DNA of 50,793 bases from Candidatus Gastranaerophilales bacterium (GCA_944322955.1 CALUQQ010000055.1:1-50793); one strand, 5' to 3'. Positions 9,987 through 19,424 are shown, numbered from the stretch's first letter. Numbers and translations: made by a program. Notes: generated by a model not told the origin, from the sequence alone.

Positions 9987-11323
9987 AAAAAATTTTAAAT
10001 TTACTGTTTATACTTTTGATTACTTCATTATCAGCTAATGCAAACAGTATAGAAAATGCGATATCGGATTCACGTATAAATAAAGGAGCACTGTCGATTT
10101 CAGTTAAAGATACAGCGAACGGTAAAACGCTATACAGACTTAACAGCGATAAGCCGACAATACCTGCTTCAACATTAAAAGCAATTACGCTTGCTGCAGC
10201 TTTAAATGAACTGGGAGAAAATTACGAATTTCAAACAACACTGTACAAAACATCCGATAATGAACTTTTTTTAAAACTCGGTGCAGATCCGTTTTTAAAA
10301 TCCAAAGACCTCAAAACGCTTTTAAAAACTGCTTATGATAATAAAATTATTTCACCTAAAGCATTTTTCATAGATACAAATATCCTCGACAAAACCGAAT
10401 GGGGCGAAGGCTGGCAATGGGATGACGATTTGAATCCGCTTATGCCGAAATTCAGCGCATACAATATTGATAATAATTTGATAAAAATTATTGTAAAACC
10501 AACTGCGAAAGATGCTCCTGCTGAAATCAAACTTGACGTATTTTATCCGGTAACTTTTATGAATCTGGTAACTACCGGTAGTAAAAACGAAATAACCATA
10601 ACCCGCAATAACAGCATAGCACCTAATGTTTTGAATATTGAAGGCACTGTATCCAAACAGATTGAACGGGAAATACCGGTTAACCATCTAAAAAGATACT
10701 TTATATTAAGACTGGAAGATGCTCTGCGCTCCGAAAAAATTGATTATTACGGAAATTTTACAGAAAAAAATCTCCCTAAACAAAATACATATCAAGTTTC
10801 AAATATTTCACACCCGATGAGTTCTGCAATTGATGAAATCATGAAAAACAGCAATAACATGGCAGCAGAAACCGTGTTTAAAATCGCCGGAGGACACTAT
10901 GCAAAATCTGCCGGCAGCGCAGAAAATGCAGTTGCAATGTTTCTTGATTACTGCGAAAAACTCGGCGTGAACACTGATGACATTAAAATAGTCGACGGAA
11001 GCGGCGTTTCTAAAAATAATCTTGTAACAGCTGACTTTATGACATCTTTTTTGACCGCACAATATCAAAAAGATGCTGAATACAAAGAGATGTTTGCATC
11101 AGCAGGGCAGGGTACATTAAAAGACAGAATGCTCTATTTCGGCGATAACCTTAAAGCTAAGACAGGAACTCTCTCTGATGTCAGCGCAATTACCGGATAT
11201 CTTAAAACCGCAAAAGGGAATCTTGTGGCTTTTGATATTATAATTAACGACCCGAATTCTAAAACGTCCGATAAAAAAATGCTTGAAGAATATATCTTAA
11301 GAGCTATTCATACATCATATTAA
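9983..11323 (+). CDS. dacB: D-alanyl-D-alanine carboxypeptidase/endopeptidase (PBP4 family)
   Basis: Signal peptide, ASTLK (SxxK) and KTGT motifs; 446 aa. Confidence 0.85.
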   Translation: MKKILNLLFILLITSLSANANSIENAISDSRINKGALSISVKDTANGKTLYRLNSDKPTIPASTLKAITLAAALNELGENYEFQTTLYKTSDNELFLKLGADPFLKSKDLKTLLKTAYDNKIISPKAFFIDTNILDKTEWGEGWQWDDDLNPLMPKFSAYNIDNNLIKIIVKPTAKDAPAEIKLDVFYPVTFMNLVTTGSKNEITITRNNSIAPNVLNIEGTVSKQIEREIPVNHLKRYFILRLEDALRSEKIDYYGNFTEKNLPKQNTYQVSNISHPMSSAIDEIMKNSNNMAAETVFKIAGGHYAKSAGSAENAVAMFLDYCEKLGVNTDDIKIVDGSGVSKNNLVTADFMTSFLTAQYQKDAEYKEMFASAGQGTLKDRMLYFGDNLKAKTGTLSDVSAITGYLKTAKGNLVAFDIIINDPNSKTSDKKMLEEYILRAIHTSY

Positions 11324-11477
11324 AATATTTTTATTGGTTCTTTAACAATCATTCTGCAATCGTGGGTTACATCTTTGCAGATATCATACTGAACTTTATC
11401 TCCGCAATATTTGGCACTTTTTATATAGCCTGTTGTGCACGCTGCACGACGGAAATTCGCATCCTTCAGCAGCAGCC

Positions 11478-11855
11478 TTACCTGCGTTTACCACCCTCAA
11501 ACACATCGTACATTACGTTCGCGCTCAAATGCTCCTTACTCGTTCCGCCCGACGGCTCATCATCTTTATAAGCAGGGATTACCTTCCCGCTTTTCAATAA
11601 ATAAAACGGAAATACGTCTTTCCACAATTCACTCTTGCCTGAATTCCCGTTTACATCTACATATATCTTAAAGCCTTTTCTGTCATTCTCATCTTCTGCA
11701 TCTGACAATTCATCTATTTTTTCATAATCTGTTCCTGTTATCGGCAATGTCACGCATACCACCATAGTTATTGCAACCAAAGCAACCACCAGTTCACCTA
11801 GCGTGAAACCCAGTCTATTTGGGCTTAAAGAGCTACCCCCCCCCGATTTGTACAA
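11478..11855 (-). CDS. Prepilin-type N-terminal cleavage/methylation protein, interrupted at both ends (G9 tract at the 5' end, frameshift at the 3' end)
   Basis: ...NRLG/FTLGELVVALVAITM motif and DVNGNSGKS motif shared with the other two pilins. The in-frame start is an SD-less TTG. See findings. Confidence 0.7.
   Translation of the reverse strand: MYKSGGGSSLSPNRLGFTLGELVVALVAITMVVCVTLPITGTDYEKIDELSDAEDENDRKGFKIYVDVNGNSGKSELWKDVFPFYLLKSGKVIPAYKDDEPSGGTSKEHLSANVMYDVFEGGKRR
11836..11844 (-). repeat. Homopolymer G9 inside the prepilin leader
   Basis: Counted directly. Confidence 0.95.
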
Positions 11856-11893
11856 AAATTTTCAAATACTTTCATTTCAACTCCTTTTACTAC

Positions 11894-11922
11894 ATTATAA
11901 TAAATTAAATTATATTTTGCAA
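11894..11922 (-). promoter_or_regulatory. Consensus promoter TTGCAA-17-TATAAT for the pilin locus
   Basis: Read directly; followed by AAGGAG (11886-11881) and the ATG at 11875. Confidence 0.6.
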
Positions 11923-12000
11923 TATGCAAAACAATGCAAAACGGATTAAGATATTTTTACAATTAGGAAATCTAAAAATCTTATGCTAAACTAAAATATT

Positions 12001-12870
12001 ATGGAACCTATAGTCAGTATAATTACAACAACACATAATATAGTAGAAAAAGGCCAAGCTGATGATTTCAGTCTTCTTGTGACGCTTTTGGATATGCAAA
12101 CATATCCTAATATTGAACACATCGTTATTGATAAAGCTTCCTCAGACGATACTGTTATTCTGTTGAAAGACTACAAAAATAAAGGCTATATACAATTCTA
12201 CTCAGAATCTGACACCGGGAAATTTGACGGTTTCAATAAAGGAATTTTACGAGCAAGAGGGAAATATTTGTCGTTTATAAGCTGTGATGACTTCTATCAT
12301 GACATTACGGCCATTCAGGATATCGTAAACCTTATGGAGGCCGAAAACGCAGACTTTTCGTTTTCACCTTCATACTGCAGACACCCGGAGGGGTTTGTAT
12401 TTCTTTTTCAGCCTGCCATGTATAACGCGTTTCAGGTAATGCCATGCCCGAGACAGGCCATGTTCTTTAAAAAATCCGTGCTTGAAAAAGAAGGTTATTT
12501 TGATACAAAATTTAAGCTTATGGCTGATTATGACCTGATAATACGGCTTATGATGAAAAAATATAAAGCTGTATTTTTTGAACATAATTATACAACCTAC
12601 AAGCTTGGCGAAAAAGTAACGCAAAATGTTGAAGCCGGTAATAATGATGCAAAATTAATTTTTTATAAAAATTATAAAAATCTTTATCCGCTTAACGACG
12701 ATATACTTGACAATATGATAAAAACATCGGAATTTCCGAAAGAATTGCTTGAAAAACTGTCCGAAAGTTTTCCTGCAGAAGACAAAGAATTATTTTTTGA
12801 AAGATGTGAACAAATGCATCAATTAAGACTTGATATTGCACAAAAACAATCTATAAAGGAAACAACATGA
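12001..12870 (+). CDS. Family 2 glycosyltransferase
   Basis: VSIITTTHN...IVIDKASSDDT N-terminal GT-A signature. Confidence 0.85.
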   Translation: MEPIVSIITTTHNIVEKGQADDFSLLVTLLDMQTYPNIEHIVIDKASSDDTVILLKDYKNKGYIQFYSESDTGKFDGFNKGILRARGKYLSFISCDDFYHDITAIQDIVNLMEAENADFSFSPSYCRHPEGFVFLFQPAMYNAFQVMPCPRQAMFFKKSVLEKEGYFDTKFKLMADYDLIIRLMMKKYKAVFFEHNYTTYKLGEKVTQNVEAGNNDAKLIFYKNYKNLYPLNDDILDNMIKTSEFPKELLEKLSESFPAEDKELFFERCEQMHQLRLDIAQKQSIKETT

Positions 12871-13793
12871 AAGAACAAAAAATAGCGGTAATAGGCTGCG
12901 GACTTTGGGGAAGAAACATTGTACGGAATTTTTATAATCTGAATGTTTTGGAAATGGTCTGCGATCTTGACGACGATAACATTTCAAAAATACGAGAATT
13001 ATATCCGAATTTAACTATTACAAAGGATTTCAATGACATAATTAATAACCCTGCAATAACGTCCGTTGCGGTAGTTACCCCGAGCCATACACACTATAAA
13101 ATGGTTAAGGCAATGCTGGAAGCAGGCAAAAATGTTTACGTTGAAAAACCTATTTCAACAGTTGCACAAGAAGCAAAAGATTTGAAAGAACTTGCAGACA
13201 GCAAAGGACTTGTCTTGATGGTCGGACACCTTTTATTATACCACCCTGCCGTAAACAGATTAAAAATGCTCATTGAAGAAGGCGCTTTAGGCGATATTGT
13301 TTACGCACAAAGCGACAGATTAAATGTAAACTATTTCAAAAACGACAGAAGCGTTATGTGGGATTTAGCGCCTCATGATGTTTCAATGATGAGCTATGTA
13401 ATCGGGAAAGAACCCGTAAGAATTATCTCCGCTATCGGCAGTTCAACCGACAGAAACGATATTATGGATATAACACATCTCGGAATAGAATTTGAAGACG
13501 GTGTAATAGGACATATTACGGACAGCTGGATAACCCCGAGAAAACATGTACAATTATTAGTCAGAGGAACTAAAGCCACAGCAATTTTGGATGATACGTT
13601 ACCTGAACATAAACTGACTATTTATGATAATTATGCAGCGGATAACACAAAAAATATTACGCTTGATTATCTTGAAATTGAGCCATTAAAACTTGAATGC
13701 AAGCATTTTATAAGCTGCTGCGAATCTGGCAAAAAAGCCCGCTCTGACGGCGATAATGGATTTATGGTAACAAAAAATCTTGAACAGGCGTAA
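12867..13793 (+). CDS. Gfo/Idh/MocA-family NAD(P)-dependent oxidoreductase
   Basis: IAVIGCGLWG Rossmann N-terminus and EKP motif; 4-nt overlap with the GT2 gene. Confidence 0.85.
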   Translation: MKEQKIAVIGCGLWGRNIVRNFYNLNVLEMVCDLDDDNISKIRELYPNLTITKDFNDIINNPAITSVAVVTPSHTHYKMVKAMLEAGKNVYVEKPISTVAQEAKDLKELADSKGLVLMVGHLLLYHPAVNRLKMLIEEGALGDIVYAQSDRLNVNYFKNDRSVMWDLAPHDVSMMSYVIGKEPVRIISAIGSSTDRNDIMDITHLGIEFEDGVIGHITDSWITPRKHVQLLVRGTKATAILDDTLPEHKLTIYDNYAADNTKNITLDYLEIEPLKLECKHFISCCESGKKARSDGDNGFMVTKNLEQA

Positions 13794-13905
13794 AAAATGA
13801 TGCTCGGAAAAAAAAAAAAAAAACTTGATGAAGTTGACTTCGGACTTTCAAGAGTAAAACAGCATTTGTAAAAAAAAAACGCCCCTAAAGGGCAAGGAGA
13901 AGATT

Positions 13906-14505
13906 ATGGCGAATTTTGTATCAATATTCAGAATTTTCGTAGCATTTTTTGCGATATATTTACTTTTTATACAGACAACCTGGTCGTATATTCTGGCATT
14001 TGTCTTAACGATAATTGCATTTATACTGGACGGTGTTGACGGCTATCTCGCAAGAAAGTTCAACGAAGCATCACAGCTAGGTTCAGTTCTGGATATAATG
14101 GGCGACAGGATTGTTGAAGCTTCATACTGGATTATATTTGCAGTACTTGGCTGGCTCAGTCCGATATTTCCGATAATTTGCGTAACACGGGCATTCACAA
14201 CAGACAGTATAAGAAGTGTTGCACTTGCTCAAGGCTATACAGCTTTCGGCGACACCTCTATGCAGACAAGTAAAATCGGTAAATTCATCTGCGCCTCAAA
14301 ATTTATGAGAATAAGCTATGCTGTCGCAAAAGTTTTAGCGTTTATACTTATAATATTTGCGCACACACCCGGCTTTGAAATTTATCCGGCATTCGGCATA
14401 ATGAATACAATTGCCGTAATATTTGCATGGATTGCGATTATATTCTGTGTAGTAAGAGCGATTCCTGTTGTTGCGGAAAGTAAAAAACTTTTTGAGAAGA
14501 AATAA
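13906..14505 (+). CDS. CDP-alcohol phosphatidyltransferase family protein
   Basis: DGVDGYLAR-x8-G-x3-D-x3-D motif; multi-pass membrane protein. Confidence 0.85.
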   Translation: MANFVSIFRIFVAFFAIYLLFIQTTWSYILAFVLTIIAFILDGVDGYLARKFNEASQLGSVLDIMGDRIVEASYWIIFAVLGWLSPIFPIICVTRAFTTDSIRSVALAQGYTAFGDTSMQTSKIGKFICASKFMRISYAVAKVLAFILIIFAHTPGFEIYPAFGIMNTIAVIFAWIAIIFCVVRAIPVVAESKKLFEKK

Positions 14506-14506
14506 C

Positions 14507-14950
14507 ATGTTTAATATTGTTTTATACGAACCTGAAATTCCGCAAAACACAGGAAATATAGCAAGACTTTGCGCATGTACGGGCGCAAAATTATTTCTTG
14601 TCGGCAAACTCGGCTTTTCACTTTCAAGCAAATACACAAAACGTGCGGGTTTAGACTACTGGGACAGCGTTGATATCCAAAAGATTGACACGATGGAAGA
14701 ATTACTGGAGCAAAATCCGGACGCAAACTTTTATTATCTAACGACAAAATCAAAAAAATTATATACGGATATAAAATTCCAAGACGGAGATTTTCTTGTA
14801 TTCGGACCGGAGACAAGAGGCTTGCCGGACAAATATGTAAAAGATAAAAATGCTATTACAATTCCAATGAAAGAAGGTCAAAGAAGCCTGAATTTATCAA
14901 ATTCTGTGGCGATAGTAGTTTATGAAGGGATAAGACAAAATGGATTTTAA
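14507..14950 (+). CDS. trmL: tRNA (cytidine/uridine-2'-O)-methyltransferase TrmL (SpoU family)
   Basis: MFNIVLYEPEIPQNTGNIARLC N-terminus; start moved to the ATG at 14507. Confidence 0.88.
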   Translation: MFNIVLYEPEIPQNTGNIARLCACTGAKLFLVGKLGFSLSSKYTKRAGLDYWDSVDIQKIDTMEELLEQNPDANFYYLTTKSKKLYTDIKFQDGDFLVFGPETRGLPDKYVKDKNAITIPMKEGQRSLNLSNSVAIVVYEGIRQNGF

Positions 14951-15740
14951 ATTACCAGAAAGAAGTCAAAATTCACATAAAGGAACTTTCGGAAAAGTTT
15001 TAAACATAGCCGGTTCACGCTACATGCCGGGTGCTGCATATTTATCAAGTGTTGCCGCACTTAAAATCGGTGCAGGGTATTGCTTTTTGTCTGCAGAAGA
15101 CAACGTAGTTAAAGCAGTTGCGTCGCAAACACAAAATGTTGTATTTTCTCCGCAGTTTTCGTGGATTGACAATATTGAAAATTTTGATGTTATATCAATC
15201 GGCTGCGGACTTTCAATGTCAGGGGATGCAAAATGGAATGTAGAAAAGGTGCTTAAACATTCTAAGGTACCCACTGTTATAGATGCAGACGGATTAAATA
15301 TTTTAGCCGAATTGCAGACAAGGGATATCCCGACAAACACAATTTTGACCCCTCACCCGGCAGAAGCAGCAAGACTTTTGAGAACCACCATTGATGATAT
15401 TATAAACAACTTGGAAAAAAACGCAAAAAACATATCTAAAATGTACAATTGTGTAACTGTTTTAAAATCACATAACACAGTTGTCTGTTCAAAGGATTTG
15501 GAAATTTATGTAAACCACACAGGCAATAGCGCCCTTGCAAAAGCAGGCAGCGGGGATGTGTTAACCGGGATAATAGCCGGAATTCTTGCGCAAAAAGCCG
15601 CACCATTTGATGCGGCAAAACTTGGAGTTTATATTCATGGACTTTGCGGGGAGATTGCGTCAAAAAAATTAACCGAATACTCCGTTATGGCGCAAGATTT
15701 AATCAATGCAATACCGGAAGCTATCCGAAGTAATCAATAA
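14940..15740 (+). CDS. nnrD: ADP-dependent NAD(P)H-hydrate dehydratase (YjeF C-terminal type)
   Basis: HKGTFGKVLNIAGS and GSGDVLTGIIAG motifs. Confidence 0.88.
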   Translation: MDFKLPERSQNSHKGTFGKVLNIAGSRYMPGAAYLSSVAALKIGAGYCFLSAEDNVVKAVASQTQNVVFSPQFSWIDNIENFDVISIGCGLSMSGDAKWNVEKVLKHSKVPTVIDADGLNILAELQTRDIPTNTILTPHPAEAARLLRTTIDDIINNLEKNAKNISKMYNCVTVLKSHNTVVCSKDLEIYVNHTGNSALAKAGSGDVLTGIIAGILAQKAAPFDAAKLGVYIHGLCGEIASKKLTEYSVMAQDLINAIPEAIRSNQ

Positions 15741-15948
15741 TTCTTCCTACCATATCTCCGATTTCTTTAGCTTTTTTATCATTTTCTGCCTGAGCTAATT
15801 TATCACTAAGCTCATCCGGAATCGGCGTTGATTCAGGGAAAAAGTCATCTGGTGCCGGCAATTTTTTTTTCGGAACAATCTGAGTATCCAGTACAACATT
15901 TTGTGCAGCTTTTGCAACAGGTTTGGTAACAGGTTTAATAGACGGCAT
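15721..15948 (-). CDS. Hypothetical small protein (75 aa)
   Basis: GGAGAA SD before the ATG at 15948; lies downstream of anmK on the same strand. Confidence 0.5.
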   Translation of the reverse strand: MPSIKPVTKPVAKAAQNVVLDTQIVPKKKLPAPDDFFPESTPIPDELSDKLAQAENDKKAKEIGDMVGRIIDYFG

Positions 15949-16040
15949 ATATTCTCCTTTACGTTATATCTGATAACATTAAAAACCGTAAATTTAATAA
16001 TTGCCGGATTAACATAATAAAATTTACAATAGTTAATAAA

Positions 16041-17165
16041 TTACGGATTAGTAATTTTACCGAGAACAACTCTTTTATCAGCGCCGGTGCAAAAAGGCAG
16101 ATTAGACGGAATATTATAATAGCAGCAATACCCAAGCAAAGCAAACGCCATAACCTCTTTAAAATTATTTGAGATACCGTAATCTTCATGAGTTTTCAGC
16201 TGAATATAATCCGGCAGATAGTACCGCAAAATTTTCATTAAAGCAGGATTATAAGCCCCTCCTCCGCCTACAATAACTTCATCAATAGCAGTTTTAGGGT
16301 AAACAAAACGTTCATAAGAGGCAGCAATAGTTTTCGCCGTAAGCGCAGTAACACTTGCAATAACATCAGAAGGATTTTGAGGTGCAAATTTTAAAAAATT
16401 ATCAATATATTCCGGCGAAAAATATTCTCTGCCTGTAGTTTTAGGAGGATTAATAAAATAATATTCATCCTGCATAAGACAATCAAGAAAACTTTCACAT
16501 ACGCTGCCAGAAAGAGCAATTTTACCGTCCTTATCATAAGGCACACCGAAAAGCTTCTGCATACAGTAATCAATAATCATATTACCAGGCCCCGTATCAA
16601 ACCCGAAAGTATCACACTCATTTGAAACCACTGTCACATTACCTATCCCGCCTATATTTTGAACGGCAGTATTTTTTCCTTTGAACCACTTTTCATCAGC
16701 GAAACATACCAACGGTGCCCCCTGACCGCCTGCGGCAATATCCGCCTCTCTGAAATTAGAAAAAACCGTACAGCCTGTTTCCCTTGCAATAACAGCACTT
16801 TCACCTATTTGAAACGTGCTTTTCAAACAAATTCCGTCAAGTTCTTCCTCAAACGGATAATGAAAAATAGTCTGTCCATGACTTGATATAAAATCCGGCC
16901 TTCCAAATTCTTCAATCAAAATTTTACAGGCCTCCGCAAAACATTTACCGACGGCAAAATTCATAACACAGACATCTTTAACACCGGCATGCCCTGAAAA
17001 AATCTGAAAAAGTTTGGCCCTTATATGTTCTGGATATTTATAATTTATCCCGAAAATCAACTTGCAGCTTAAATCCGGAAAAACTTCACACAAACCTGCG
17101 TCAATCGAATCGCAGGAAGTTCCCGACATTAAAGCAATTATTTTTTTTGATTGCAATTCATCCAT
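16041..17165 (-). CDS. anmK: Anhydro-N-acetylmuramic acid kinase
   Basis: MSGTSCDSIDA N-terminus; 374 aa. Confidence 0.9.
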   Translation of the reverse strand: MDELQSKKIIALMSGTSCDSIDAGLCEVFPDLSCKLIFGINYKYPEHIRAKLFQIFSGHAGVKDVCVMNFAVGKCFAEACKILIEEFGRPDFISSHGQTIFHYPFEEELDGICLKSTFQIGESAVIARETGCTVFSNFREADIAAGGQGAPLVCFADEKWFKGKNTAVQNIGGIGNVTVVSNECDTFGFDTGPGNMIIDYCMQKLFGVPYDKDGKIALSGSVCESFLDCLMQDEYYFINPPKTTGREYFSPEYIDNFLKFAPQNPSDVIASVTALTAKTIAASYERFVYPKTAIDEVIVGGGGAYNPALMKILRYYLPDYIQLKTHEDYGISNNFKEVMAFALLGYCCYYNIPSNLPFCTGADKRVVLGKITNP

Positions 17166-17535
17166 AATCTTATATTATGAAAAAGCTTGTAAAACTACAA
17201 GCTTTTACAACTTATCCTCATTTACCCCAACATATCCCTAACAGTTTATTAAAAACCGAATTAAGCCATCACCTCTCTTTTTCCTTCCGGTAGCCATTTC
17301 CTAATGATATAAATGTAAAACTAAGTTAAATATTTGACAAGTAAAAAAAAATTATTATTTTTTTACAATTGACCATGCCCCGCGTATTTTTAAGCAAAAA
17401 TTCAAGTTCTTAAATCTTAATGAAGAAAATTTAATGAAATTACGTTAAAAAAGATCCTCATTTTGATTGACAAATTAAAATTACGGTTAAATGAAAAAGC
17501 ATGCTTTTTAAAAAAATTTGTAGTAAAATAAAAAT

Positions 17536-18480
17536 ATGAAAGAATTTTTAAAAACAAATAAAGTAACATATAACCTGATGTCTTTTACGGGTTTTAAATC
17601 AATGATGCTGTTGTCATACCTAATGGAAGCTCCTCGCTCTTATGAAGAAATACGCCAATATTTTAAGGATAATGAATATATTCATGAAACAATTTCAATC
17701 GACACATTAAGAGTGTATATAAATTCACTTGAGCGATTAGGCTGCACAATTATTCGCGGGAGAAAAGCGGAAGGTTCAAAATACAAACTTTTAGTTAATC
17801 CTTTTGCACTCCACATTACAAACGATCAAATTAAAAGCCTTGTGAAAATTTTTAAAAGTATAACAAAGACAATAGATGCGGAAGATTTACTTGCAATAAC
17901 AAGATTTTTTGAAAAAATCTCGCGCCTGATAACCAATGAAGACTTGAAATCAGCGCTTGCAAACGCCTCACCGCTTAAAAAAGTAAATCAAGAGATTTTA
18001 GAGATATTAATAAATGCCTGCCGAAGAAATGATGAAATAACAATTGATTACCATTCACCGTCATCTTCGGTCAAAAAAATTGATGTATTAGCAGAAAAAC
18101 TGCTTGTATCAGGAAATAAAATCTATCTGTGCGGCATAAGCCCGCAATATAAAAACACCACAGCAAGATTTCTGGTTTCAAGAATAATCGAAAAACCCGT
18201 AATAAAATTACAAAAAACAATTGACGCTAAATTAGAGCCGCTTATCATCGGCTGTGAAATTTACGACAAGAATTATCCGCTTTTGGAAAATGAAAAAATA
18301 ATTTCCGAAGATAATGACAAATTAACAATTGAAATTACAAGTGACAATAAATTTTTAACAACACAAAGAATATTATCAATGGGGAATATCTGTAAAGTTA
18401 TCTACCCGCAGTCTTTTAAAGATGATATATATTCAATCTTAAAAAAGATGAAGGAGGAATACCTTGCAGAAAAAATTTAA
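17536..18480 (+). CDS. HTH-WYL domain transcriptional regulator (PafB/PafC-like), partner 1
   Basis: wHTH-like N-terminus. WYL-like core ITIDYHSP...GNKIYLCG...ARFLVSRII. C-terminal ...ILSMGNICKVIYPQSFK. Confidence 0.55.
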   Translation: MKEFLKTNKVTYNLMSFTGFKSMMLLSYLMEAPRSYEEIRQYFKDNEYIHETISIDTLRVYINSLERLGCTIIRGRKAEGSKYKLLVNPFALHITNDQIKSLVKIFKSITKTIDAEDLLAITRFFEKISRLITNEDLKSALANASPLKKVNQEILEILINACRRNDEITIDYHSPSSSVKKIDVLAEKLLVSGNKIYLCGISPQYKNTTARFLVSRIIEKPVIKLQKTIDAKLEPLIIGCEIYDKNYPLLENEKIISEDNDKLTIEITSDNKFLTTQRILSMGNICKVIYPQSFKDDIYSILKKMKEEYLAEKI

Positions 18481-19378
18481 AGAAAAATACAACGAAAGCT
18501 GCATAAAAATTTTCAAGCTTTACAAATTACTATACGAAGACAAAGCCGTCTATAAAGATGTAATTGATATCTTTACTGAAGACGATGAAGATAAACAACA
18601 TGTTATTTTAAACAAATACCTTAACACCTTAAAAGTATTCGGAATAAAAGTAAACAAAATAAATAATAAATTTGTAATGCAAAATAACCCGTTCGGCCTA
18701 AAACTGGATATGAATGATATCCGTTCAATTGATATTTTTGAACAATTCGTCAAAATTCTTCCCAACGGCAAAACCAGAAAAAACCTTGAAGCATTTTTAA
18801 AAATGATACTCAGCAAATTTGATGAAAATGCAAATAAAATGTATGCTTCAATAAAATCAACAAACACAGCGGATTTTTCATTTTACTATTCAGATTTCCG
18901 AGAGCAGATAGAAAAATGTGAAACATTCTGTCAAGAAAGCAGCATAGTTGATTTAAAATATCTATACAAAGGCAAAACTTTAAAATGCCGCTGCCATGCT
19001 AAACAAATGATTTACGACAATAAACACGCCTACATCCAGGTTTACAAACTTGATAACCAGCAATTGGAAAATATACTTGTGTCAAATATAATCGAAATAG
19101 AAAGTATTCCTAATCAAAAAAGTCAAATGGAACTTCCGTCAAGCGTAACATACAAAATTAAAGGCAGACTTGCAAGCGCATACAACATTAAAGAAAATGA
19201 ATACGTACAAGAAGTTTTTTCTGACGGCAGTAAAATCATTGTAGCCAAAAACGAACCAACAGACGAAATTTTAAAACGATTAATCAGATACAGCAATGAA
19301 TGCGTAATTCTGGCGCCGAAAAACATCAAAAATTCAATGATAAATACAATCAATGACATGTTAAAAAATTACGAATAA
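18464..19378 (+). CDS. HTH-WYL domain transcriptional regulator (PafB/PafC-like), partner 2
   Basis: TTG start 6 nt after AAGGAGG (18451-18457), overlapping the end of partner 1. Same domain order: ...AYIQVYKL...LVSNIIEIE... and LIRYSNECVILAPKNIK. Confidence 0.5.
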   Translation: MQKKFKEKYNESCIKIFKLYKLLYEDKAVYKDVIDIFTEDDEDKQHVILNKYLNTLKVFGIKVNKINNKFVMQNNPFGLKLDMNDIRSIDIFEQFVKILPNGKTRKNLEAFLKMILSKFDENANKMYASIKSTNTADFSFYYSDFREQIEKCETFCQESSIVDLKYLYKGKTLKCRCHAKQMIYDNKHAYIQVYKLDNQQLENILVSNIIEIESIPNQKSQMELPSSVTYKIKGRLASAYNIKENEYVQEVFSDGSKIIVAKNEPTDEILKRLIRYSNECVILAPKNIKNSMINTINDMLKNYE

Positions 19379-19424
19379 ATTTCCGCAATTTTTTTTAACA
19401 ATAAAAGTAAATTAAAATAATGCA

